Source of the DNA: Pocillopora damicornis
Taxonomy: Eukaryota
NCBI RefSeq assembly: GCF_003704095.1
Contig: NW_020844494.1
Span: 248,001-312,000, forward strand
DNA length: 64,000 bases
Direction: 5' to 3'
Shown here: one piece after another, positions 43,501 to 54,960 of the stretch
How the letters are laid out: each line of letters begins with the position of its first letter
Position numbering within the stretch: the first letter of the stretch is position 1
Position numbers and translations under genes: made by a program
Notes under the pieces: model-generated
What the model saw: only the letters and a program-made list of their open reading frames with translations
Database searches by the model: none
What the model was told of the DNA's origin: nothing

Positions 43501-46500
43501 TACTGAAATCAGGTAGGGAGGGGAGTGTAGATAGAAATTCAATCCCTCAGAGTCACAGGGTGTTCATGAGCATTAGAAGTAAGAGAATTCTTAGACTACT
43601 AGGCAGAAGTCTGTGGATGAATTTCAATGGTGCACTGGAGCAATTTTTCATTCAGATACAAAAAAATTTTCTCAAAATACTTTACTTATTCTCTTGAGAA
43701 TACATTTCACAATGAGAACCCAGGAGTCAGGGACTGCAATTCCACTGATGTTATTGCCAGAAGCTTTGCCTGAAGAGGAGGTCAGTTGTTCTCTAGCTCT
43801 CAGATTTCTCAGATATGAAATTTTGTCACAGCATTTTCACTCAAATATTTCCACATGCTTGTCACTGTACACAACTAAGCAGATGGCCAACTCACCTGTG
43901 ACCAAAATCATTCACTGCATCCTGCAACCAATTTGATGAAGCAGCTAAAACAAAAAAAACAAAGAAGACTTGAGCCCAAATTTTAAGAGAACGGCATCAA
44001 AGATATTCATATTTAAATAGACACAACATTATAAAAGCCAGAAATCAATGAAAATAGGACATTAGATGAATCAAGGCAAGGAATTATTAATTGGAAATCA
44101 TTAGATGCTAAAGAAGTCAAAACATGTGCTCAAGTAAAGGAGACCAAGCTTCTCCATAAAATTATCATCTGATTGATCTTTCTAATTGTCAAATTAGAGC
44201 TCCAAGCTCAATATTTTCCAAAGTTGTCTTTTTACAACCTCAACAGTCTAAAGGTTTAATACTCATACACCCTCAAAAATATTGATAAATTTTGGCAACT
44301 TAAGCTGCAAATTTTGCCACTGAAATTTGTGTCCTACTCACTGTGGTGACCAAATAGGTTGCAGCTTAGAGCATTGGAAAATTATTGTTCTGTGTCACCA
44401 ACATATCCCTGCTTGGCATCAAGTTTTCAAACTTTAATGTTCATGTTTTGAAAGTTACCTTTAGACACTAGACTGAAGGGCTTATTAGTGACACCATAAG
44501 TCACAAGTAAGTGTAAGAACAACCCAACTGACGTGACAGGAAGAAGATTATCTCTGGCGAAAGAAATAGAGAAAAAATCAGTAAAAAGAAATACTGACAA
44601 TTTTATGTATTAAGTTACTAAATTTGTTAGTGGTAGCCACAGAGGTAACCAGTCAACTCGCCNNNNNNNNNNNNNNNNNNNNNNNNNNNNNNNNNNNNNN
44701 NNNNNNNNNNNNNNNNNNNNNNNNNNNNNNNNNNNNNNNNNNNNNNNNNNNNNNNNNNNNNNGATAAGTGTTTGAAAACAGGAATGGTAGACGAGTGGGA
44801 AAAGGAAACAGAAAGGGAAGAAAAAGGATGGAACTCTTCTCCTGTAGATGTTATGTTCATGACTTAAGACATTTTTGATGTTTTAACAAATACAGACACT
44901 CAATGGAAGTAAATATATTGAAAATATTGTTTTATGAATTTTACGAATTTTCTCAAGAATTTTATCAAAAACCGTTTATCACAGCAGTGTTGTAAAAGCA
45001 AATGAAAGTTCCATATTTTGAAGCTCATAAATAATTTAATATTATCTTTGTTTAGATCACTTTGCACAAAAACAAAAGGCAAGAAAATTTGTTGTATGGA
45101 ATAATTTTTATCTTACTCATGAGGAGAGGGAACAACAAGAACAGGGCAGTAACAGTATGTACTGAACTTACGTCATAACTTCTGGAGGCATTAACAACCT
45201 TTCAGTGCTAGGAAATAATATCAGTAAACAATGGATTACACAAAAATTTGAAAGTTTTCTGATGTTTCATTATCAAAAGGACAGGAGCTTCTAACAAGTG
45301 CAGATGCAAAGGCATTTCAACTTCTTGAGATAGAGCTCTAGAAAATTGAACATTACGACAATTGAAAAAAATTATGCTTACCTTTCTTTAACAATAAATA
45401 GAGCTCCAAACATCACAAGCACTGTGGTAGTAAATACCGCCAACACTTCAAATCTCTCATAACTAGGAAGTGAAAATAATGATAGCCAGAAAGCTTCGAC
45501 ATGTCTTAAATGATTGAGTGCAAAGTGGTTATACTGGAAAACGAATTTGGTTTTAAATCAAATAGTATTTCCAAGTTGACATTTTCTTGTATTTTTTATC
45601 ACCTTACTGCCTAAGAATATATCGACCACTGAATGAGACAAGACTGTGGTACACAAAAACTCAGCTCATATCTTCTGGTTTCTAACTGCTATTTAACACT
45701 GACAAAGACTCTTACCCAAATGAAAAAGTTGTGGATGGTTTCTGAAGTGACACCCAAAGTGATAAAAGGCATGTTAAAAGACTAGAAAGGAAAATAACAA
45801 TGTTAAGCTGCAAAGAACTTTAAAAGTAAGAAAAATGATTGTTTTAAAATGTTGTTTTTCAATACCATACCTTAGTAAATCAAATATTGTCAGGTAGCTA
45901 AATGATGTGAGAGCTGAAAGAAAACCAAAAAAATTTTATAATATTAAACATATAATTATTTTGAAGATACATTAAAGGAAGTAAGTGGATAGGAAAAAAA
46001 ACAGTGTTGTGTCACTGTTAAACAATCAGTCCAACACAGAAACAAATTTCAGGACCTCCTCAAAAGCAAACTGACCTTTCTTCATATCGCAACCATAAAT
46101 GATAGGCTTTTGAACAATCAGAGCATGATAGTATCAGTTATTCTATGATAGCTCAAACACTGGCTGTGCTAATCAAAACTGCACAAACCAATGATCCTGT
46201 TTTTGAATAAATGTTGATATTACCTAAACTATTTGTTGATCCACTGTAAACAAAGAGTCCAAAAGAACAAAGAGCATTTAAAATAATCATCCAGAAGATC
46301 CTCCATCCCTGTTAAAGAAATAATCAGAAATAAGTTCTAAATACACAAGCAGCCTTGTAGCCTTCACTAGCATTTGATAAACCAAAAGAAAAATTAAATT
46401 GTTGTTGTCACCAATAAACTTATTTGATTTTACCTGTCTCTCAGCTAGAACACTCTGTAGTTCCCTTCTGGCTCTCTTCATAATTGGCTGGGATCTTTGT

Positions 46501-47507
46501 GGAAATGGCTTTATAGCACTCTAAAAAGTAATTTTATGGGACAGATTAGTCCCATGAGAATTAATGCATGTTTACCTCTCTGCTAGCAAAGCAGGACATT
46601 TCAGAATTCCTCAAAGCGCAAAATTTACACAATTCATCCTTGTGTTAGCCAATGAAGACAACACAAATAAGAGAAATATTAAGAGGAAAATAATAATTGG
46701 AAACTTACTGACAATGTCACCCGTTCCTCTTCATTCAGTGTCCCTCTCATTCGCAAACTTTTTGCTGTAAACCATTCAAGGCATGAGAAAAAGAACAGTT
46801 ACACTACTTTCACATGATTTCTCACAAGATTACTTTTTATTACTGTGGTAGTTTTATGAATGAAAAAATGATACCCTTTATACAGTAACAACAATTTTAT
46901 TAAACTATAGTTTCTTAAGAATTCAGTATACCCCCTAACTGTTCAAACACAAAGCCATGGTCCCAAAGGCTTCTGTTGTTTTTGCCATTTTTTTTTCCAA
47001 CCAGAACTGTCTGCATAACTATGTGTGGGGCCGTGTAGGAATCTTGTTTGGTTTCTTACCAGGTGCTTTTTTCCTTGCAAACCTAGCAAATATAAATCAT
47101 GCTACCCTAGCTGTACAAACGTTGTATTAATAGACAAGTTTAGGTAAGATTTCTGAACAGCCTCCATACTTTAGTCATAATCCATTTTTTTGCCAAAGTT
47201 CTCTTTATCCAAGAACTGTATTTATTACGGAGTATGGGCAGTGCAGAAATTTAACCCGAGTGTATTATGTGATGCTTGTGTAAATCATGCCACAAGTGAT
47301 CATACCTCTTTCTAGAGCAGTCAAGCCAGCTTTAAGAACATCTTGGTTCATCAATTGGCTGTTACCAGTTTCTGGAATATCTATGGCAACTTGTCGAACC
47401 TCTGACTGTTTTTTAGGAAGATATCTAAGTAATCTCTCCGTTCCTATGCTTGGTGTGGCAGCTGCAGTCGCACTGTTATATGACGGAAGTTTTTGTGAGC
47501 TATCCAT
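40513..47507 (-). CDS. SLC30A6: Zinc transporter 6 (ZnT6, CDF family), multi-exon, spans an assembly gap
   Basis: Spliced exons give STNSLALTSFSYLTIFDLL, FSFGYERFEVLAVF, ASTLDGVLEFRNEHFW and AGSLHVRVRRDASEQMVLAHVTNKL...QVFKDDW. Confidence 0.93.
40932..41170. mobile_element. Fold-back Penelope-like insertion with a 14-bp target-site duplication and degenerate hammerhead-ribozyme cores
   Basis: About 64-bp near-perfect inverted arms (40932-40995 and 41050-41114); TACCTCAGTTCAAG at both 40918-40931 and 41171-41184; CTGACGAAGGGCT on the minus strand and GAAGGGCTAACGCTCGAAATGTC on the plus strand. Confidence 0.75.
41399..41543. mobile_element. Hairpin MITE in an SLC30A6 intron
   Basis: Inverted termini GGCCCTGGTTGTTTGAAG ... 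CTTTGAACAACTGGGC with internal GGATA/TATCC repeats. Confidence 0.65.
44663..44762. other. Assembly gap (100 N)
   Basis: Run of n characters inside an SLC30A6 intron. Confidence 0.99.
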
Positions 47508-47830
47508 TTTTAATGAATCGCTCACTGCACCAATATGTCTCTCTTTATAAAAGTCTATACGCAACCTTTAACTGTTACAGATATCATATTCCTCTGTAAA
47601 GTGTCGCCTTCAGGTCCAAGACGAACACGAAAAATGCTTTAAGTTGATTTTAAACAATCATGTTTGAAAGACAGAAGCAGGCAGCCATGTTATTGAGCCT
47701 GCGACACGTATGTAGATCCCAGTCATCTCGTCCACCGTAATTAGTTCAAAATGAGGACTGGGACTGACATGCATGCAGTATGTGTTGCTTATATGAACAA
47801 CTTATCAAGATGTTGTGAGTACTCAGCGAC

Positions 47831-48340
47831 ATGGCCGGCAAATCTGGCTGGAGGAAACTCTTCAGAGCAGCAATTGTTGGAGAAGTGGCGCTCTTGATAG
47901 GATCTTATCGGGTATGGCATCAAATGAACACCAGTAGAGGTTAGCTTTCAAAAAACTGTTTAGGTTAATTTATGATGAGGGCTTTTAATTCATCTCACAT
48001 CGAATGTTGCAGTAAATTAAATTATTTTAACCATCTTCGCAAGGCTTGTCAATATCTCTTATTTCAATCAGATTACAGAAAGTGGATGGACGACAACTAC
48101 CCAGCCATTCTGGAAGGTTAGTGTAACGATTGTTTCACTCCCGCGATCTGGAAGTTTGCCTATGACATGCAAACATTCCCCTGTGAGCTATTGGCGACAA
48201 GTCACATGAAGAGAATACCCCCATTTTTATAATTTTGGTAGTTCTCACTGATTTTCTTTCTTGAAGGCTTCTACAGATCAGCAGAGTTGGGTGGTTATAG
48301 GGGAGCACGTGAGGCTGATGCTGAGGCTTGGGGAAAGTAA
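47831..48340 (+). CDS. CEBPZOS: CEBPZOS homologue, small single-pass protein, 3 exons, 75 aa (absent from the ORF track)
   Basis: Exons 47831-47939, 48072-48116, 48267-48340 give MAGKSGWRKLFRAAIVGEVALLIGSYRVWHQMNTSRDYRKWMDDNYPAILEGFYRSAELGGYRGAREADAEAWGK*. This matches the remembered CEBPZOS pattern M.TS.DFR..M...YP.ILE.YY.S.E..G..G.RE.D...W. Confidence 0.88.
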
Positions 48341-49408
48341 AAAGCTTGCCTGGCAAGATCAAGGAGGCTCTAAACAATGGGTGTCAACCGGCATCTTGTA
48401 TGGTCAGTTGTGTTACCCAAGGAACAAGAAACTGGAAATCATACCCAGTTGAACTTGAGTGAGCTGCTTAAAAAGAGCCTCTTCTTGGACAATTGCATCT
48501 AGAACAAGATACTGTCGAACTTGGACAAAGTCAGGACAATAAGTTCTCAAACCCGCAAGAAAATTGATGAGCTTTTGTAGAATAAAGATATGAAAAAGAG
48601 GTATAAGAGAAAGCAATTATCAGAAAATGCAACTGCTCTCAAATATAATAACTTTGGAATATTACTCTAACCATAACACTGTTAGCTCCCACCAAGTGAA
48701 AAGGGTTGGCAAGTTATGCCAGATTTCTCATATTGTAAATAGTAAAATGTAACCAAACAAGTTGTAACTGATCAGCTGTTTTATTTCAACCCATCAAGAG
48801 AAGGGGAAGTCGTTTTAAGACAAGAGTCACAAGAACCAGTTGCCTCCTTGTCCCACATTACCACCTGATTCCAAAGAACAATATATTCCACTTTCACTTA
48901 TCATTGCAACCTTTACTAACTTGAGGCATTGGATGGACTGACTACCTGAGGATAAACCTGAGAATGGTTTCAAATGAAGGAACTGTTTATCTAGTCTTAT
49001 AATCCATAGCTCATAAACCCTCATAAGTGAAGTTTTGAAACTCAATTATTGTTCAACAAGTAGTTCAGAACTTGTTAGGTTCTTAAGGACACTCATGAAT
49101 ATATTATTTCATGCTTGACCATTTTACTTGTGTTCATGAATTTTCCTGAAGCTTATTTGGACACTTTGGGATGTTCATCAAGCAGCAAGCCTCTCACTAA
49201 TCCTTCACTTCACAAAACCATTAGTGTTACTCCCCCCGGCAATTTAAAAAATGTATCCAGCAAACAAGGGAGTGTGACTTTTGTAACCCCAATTTCTTTT
49301 TCTTTTTTTTTTTAAAACCAAGAAAAAGTATATCACCAAGATCCTGGGAGTTGAAGGGTTTACATGAAAAAGGATTGTCTACTTGATTCCTCATGATCAT
49401 CCCCCTGA

Positions 49409-52400
49409 TCATGAGAGCTTTTTTTGGTTTCCACGTGGCTTGTAACTGGAATGATCTGCCCAGACGCTCTCATGAGAGGTAACAGTTTGGTTACTCACAT
49501 GCAAATCTGAAGAGCAATCTGTTTGAGAAGCTTCACACCTATCACTATTTATTATTCCTTCTCCATGTAAAATGTTGTTTGCATTTTGACTGTCTTCACC
49601 ATTATTGCCATCCAGCTGTTGATAATTCTCTATGGTTCCATTGGTGTTGACCTCAGTTGCCCTGCATTCATTTCCCTGAGTTTTCAGGTTATTAGATAAA
49701 TTCTTTGAATTTGCCCTGTTAAGTTTTCTTCTTTTGTGTGACAACTTGCAAATCTCTGCATCATCACTGCTGGATTCTGTATTCTCTCTGTATCCCTTTG
49801 ACTTCCTGGAATCTCTCTCTGAGTGGCTGCTACTACCACTACTACTGCTGTTGCTGCTGCTACTGGTTTCAATAGAATCGGCCTTATCAGCTCTTATTTG
49901 TATTTTCTGCTTAGTATAGTCACTTTCATTAGCACTTTCTGATGAAGAGGTATCATCTACATCTCTTGATCTGTTTCGAGATCTGTATTGTCTTTTTGCG
50001 TGAGGTTTGTGTCTTTTAAACTGAACTGTAGATTGTGTAGTGCCCTCACCACTCTCAAGATCACTAGGTAATGTAGGCACAACAACCTTAACATGATTGC
50101 CTTCCTCGCTGTCTGTACTACTGCTACCTGCATTAAGCAGATCACGAATAACAACAGTGTCCCTGAGTTTTCTCAGCCGTCTAAGCACACCTTGTCCTGA
50201 ACTGTTTATAGCTGCGCGTCCCTCTAGTGTCTCTGAGCTTGGACGATGAAGAAGTTCTCTCAGGAGCAGGTGGCTCATGCTGGTCTCAGTTGTATCACTA
50301 TCACTCTCTTCACTGCTATCAGGCTGAAGGATAAAACTAAGGTGGAAATCATCCAATAAGCTGTCCTCTGAGTCAGAGTGGAGATTATCTTTCTCACGCT
50401 GTATTAAAGAGTCAAAGAAAGCTAACATACGAGGGTCTTCTGCAGTTGACTTGCTTTCATATTCATCATGATTAAGAGGTAGGCCACCAAACTGAATAAA
50501 ACTTAGGTAATCGCTATGAGAATAAAGCTCACGGCGGCTTTTATGGCTGGTGTCCATCTCACTACACCCTCTTGGCACTGGGAAAGGACTCCATACCTAG
50601 AGGAAGTAACATTTCCAGATTGATTCTACACTGCCTTGAAACTGCATTCTCTAAATGCCTATTGCATAAAATCATACAGATATGTATTTTATCATAATTA
50701 CAATTGTGCGAGAAGCATATTGGAAGAAAAGAACACCACACACTCCATGTGCTACTCAGAGCTGTCAACAAGACCAGTAGCTGGCCAAAATGCATGGCTG
50801 ATCTGCCATCTTAGGCTGACTACTTTCATCTCACTTAACCATAAAAGGTGAGGAAAAAATCATACAAATATTGTAATACCACTGAAGAAACTTGCACAGC
50901 AGCCATTTCCCAATTTTTGAGTAGAATGAGTGCATAATATTCCAGTAACCTCTTTAGATAGGTGACTTGATTCCCCTTTCAGAGTTTGCTTCAAGGTTTG
51001 TGCAAATTTTATGATTCCCAGTCTCATGTGTAATCTGACTACACAGCATTGTCCAAAAAAACCAAGTCGCCTACTATTTCTTACTTGCCTTCTACTCTCA
51101 AAGTTTATGATAATGTAACCAACCTTTATCACTTTTTCTACTCCTGCTGATAAGAGCATATGTGTCTCGGGGTTGAAGCGAACTTGGTTAACAATGGAGC
51201 GGTGACCATGAAGTACCATGAATGCCCTACCAACAGTCAGCACCTTGTCATGATCTGCCCAATCATCTGGCACTTCCCAGATGTAAATATTGAAGTCATC
51301 AGAGCCAGAGACAACAAACTTAGAGATAACACAAATAACAACACCAGTCAATCTTACAGTCTGTTACTGAGTCTCTCAGAATTCTAAATCAAGAAACAAT
51401 TTGTGTAATTACAACTAATATGGTTTGATAATATCCACAAACATGGATACAGACAACAATGCGAGTTACCTGCCATAACAAAGTTACCAATTTTTACGCT
51501 CCTCCCCCCACCTAACCCTTCAAGAAAGTTTCCCACTCTTGAACAGTGCTCCCCCCCTCCCCTCCACTTCCCTCCAAGGTTATAGATGCTATAAACTAAA
51601 GAGAAAAGATGTTTTGCAGCTCAGGATCAGCCATCATTTGTCTCAGCACACAGTAAAAAATCACCTAAGCCAGGACAAAGTTGCTGATTTCTACAACCCA
51701 CCCCCTAAGAAAAGTTACATAGTACTCTCTAACAGTGCCCTCCTCCCCACTCAATTTGTAGAAGTTAAACATGTTTTGTAGCTCACAATCAGCTATTCTT
51801 TGACACTGCCCTGGGTAAAATAATCACCTGATCTTTGCTTCCTGCAAAACAATTACTCTTCATGGTGCACACATTATTGTAGCCGGGGTGGTGGAACTCA
51901 GCCACAGCTGAAGACCGAGTAACATGATAAAGAACTGGAGGAAGGCGGCGACGAAGGGCAGTTATCATGTCACCTGTCCTGTTCCATTTTAACCCCATGG
52001 CACACATCTGAGGTGCTCCATAACTGAACTGCCTTAAACAACTAAAGAGTAAATCAACATTGATCATCTCTTGATGTCTGTGCTTAAGCTTTTTTCAGCC
52101 ACAGCAAATACTTTATTATGATGTTCTAAGGTTTTTCTTAAAATGTTACCTGTAAGGTTAAAGAAACAGAGGGGGGGAGGGAGGAAGGGGGCTTTATGTT
52201 ATTTCCAAACCATGAAGCAACTGATAGTGCATCTACCCCTCCTTGACATGTTGTTAGTTCATGGTGGGCCACCCCCCTTGCCATTAATCAAGTTTCCACC
52301 CCACAACAGCTAGCAAGAAATAGACATTTTTTTCAGCCATACAGTGAACACAGTTTCTAATATAACAAATAATTTTTAAATCAGGGGGGTTGGAAACATG

Positions 52401-54649
52401 CTTTTTTTGAACTGTTGGGTGAAAAAGTATGGAAAAGTAACAGATAATTTGCAACAAACCTGATTGGAACCCTGACATCCCAAAGCTGGACACCTTTCTT
52501 GGAGTTAGCTGTTGCAATCAAACTAGGGTCCACTGGATTGAAAACAGCAGCATGGAAAGCTGATTCATGACGAGCAATACATGTGGAAGAACCTATGAAT
52601 ACATTAATGAGATTACCTTTAACATATTTACCTCTAAAGAAGGCTGATATTGTCTGAACAAGATTACCTCTTTACATTTTGGTACGTTTACAAGTTCGTA
52701 CTGAGCGCTGGGCAACAAGACCAGGATCTTCTCCTTGGAGGACTTCTGTTTCCATATTCAAAACTCAACTCACTAACATCATTTGTTTTCTGTGCTACTC
52801 TCACCCAGAAGATTACACAATATGATCAACAAAAAAATGTGTGTTGTTAACCTTTACAAGCAACAGTTTGTGAAGAAAATGGGGCAAAAAAGTTCCATAC
52901 CACTAACTGGAGATGCCCTTATGTCCCAAAGCATAACTTTTCCATCATCAGAAGCTGTTAAGAACACATTGTTATCCTCTGGGTGAATATTAAGGCCATA
53001 AACTGGGTCATCATGGTAGTACATGCCAACTGTCTCACCACTTAATATAATTCAGGAAGAAAAAAATGTTAAAAACCAGAGAGAAAGAGGTATTTAGAAG
53101 GCTGTGTACATTATCTAAATGGTGGCCTGAAGGTTAGTACTCTGGAATCCAAGTCAAGAGGTCTAGGTGAAAGAACAAACAGGGTCATAATGTGTTGTGT
53201 TCTTCGACAAAACCCTTAACTCTGACTAAAAGTGTCTCTCTCCACCCATGAGCATATGATTGTCCATCACCTCATAATTTTGTCTGGTTTACCTACTATT
53301 TGTAAATAAATATCTATTACACTCCAAGGTAGAGAGAGGTACTGTTATCCAGGCTGCACTCAAAACCCATACAGATGTGTTGGTTGCTTTAATTCTGTCT
53401 GATTGGAGTAAGTTGTTAATATTACAGAAAGTTGCACACTTGTTAAAAAATGTTATTGTACTTACGTTGTGAAATTGTGCCTGAGGGCTTGATTGTCATT
53501 GCCTGTTAAGTGGAAAAGTACTGATAGAAAACGCTAGCACTACACAGATTGACAGTCAAATACTTTGATATGATAATGGTTACTGCAACACACTTTCATG
53601 TCTGAAACAAAATTTGGTTCAATAAAACTTTGGTAACATCCAGTTTGGATGCTGGTTAGAAATTCCTGTTGTAGTTGTGTTTACGTTCTAATAATATGAG
53701 GAGAAATTTTAAATGGATTCCTCTATGACCTTAAGGCATTATTAACCTACCTGCTGAAAAAATATGCCTGTTGTCATTATCAAAAACAGTACAGAAAATG
53801 TTAGACTTGTGTTCTCCCTTCATTGACACTGGAGGTTGAGTTCCATAGACACACTTTTCGATGTTCCATACCACAACACGACGATCATCACCACCTTAAA
53901 ACAAAGGTTTGAACAAAATAAACTTCTACCTGACTAGATCTGCTCTAAAAACCCTCTAAGTGCATTTTTGTTATGCAAAAGTTTCACTTAACCCTTTCAT
54001 TCCCAAGATCTCAGTAACTCTCCTTACTATCCTATTTTAGTTCTGAGAATTTGGTATTGGATCAGATACTAATCCCCTAGTTGTTATTTTTCTTTATTCT
54101 CATAAATTTTCTACTTGATGTTGTATTGATATTTTTAGGAGAAATTCTGTCTTGATCACTCATAAAGGGTTACAGGGCTAAGAGGTGTTCCCATAGGAGA
54201 ACATGACAATCAAGTCAAAGTTAGATTGGATATCCAGTGTGGTGTTGTTGTTGTTGTTGTTTTTTTTGGTAGTACCTAGCAGTATCACCAACAGCAAAGT
54301 TCGAACAACGTGAATCAAACGTGCAATTAAGTTTATGATTTATATGATGGATTCGCATCAGCCAATAGGAACGCACAATGAACAAAAAACGTCATAATAA
54401 TAGAAATATCACATCCAAACCTGAAACAATGAATTCTCCGCCATTATTTGAGAATTCTATGGCATTTACACAACCATAATGTCCCAGTAAATCAAGGTGA
54501 TAAAGGCTAGAGCACCGAGCAAAGTAATCTGAAAGAAACGACTTGTGCACCGCAGAGCAACCGTATGTTTCTGCTAGGCTCTGATATTGAGGAAAGCTTG
54601 AAAGGTGTCTAACAGAGCCTCCACGCGCAGGATAGTTCTTAAACGACAT
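49409..54649 (-). CDS. DCAF5: DDB1- and CUL4-associated factor 5 (WDR22)
   Basis: GHYGCVNAIEFSNNGGEFIVSGGDDRRV, ALRRRLPPVLY, CTMKSNCFAG, GHRSIVNQVRFNP, EDPRMLAFFDSL; long Ser-rich last exon (49409-50596). Confidence 0.95.
53988..54181. mobile_element. piggyBac-like MITE in DCAF5 intron 1
   Basis: TTAACCCTTT start and AAAGGGTTA end; internally similar to 56103-56292. Confidence 0.7.
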
Positions 54650-54960
54650 TTCTTAACGCTTGGTCGTTTCCACAGGGCTTTACAGAGGTAAAAATTCTCA
54701 TGTCACGGTTTCCACAGAGAAGCAAAACACCTCTTCGGTGCAAACACAGAATCAGAGCAGAACGTATATGCAACTACTCTCGGGAGATTGGGTCCTAGTA
54801 CCCGAATTTCACTCTCAGTCTTTTACCGGCTTTGAAAAAGGGAGTGGCTACCAAGCTGTCGTTGCTAAGAAGATTCAAACAAAATTATTGAAATTATTTG
54901 TGAGGCAATGTGTAAAGTCAGAGTTTAAATAAAGGCGAGTGATCATTTCAGCCAACTGAT

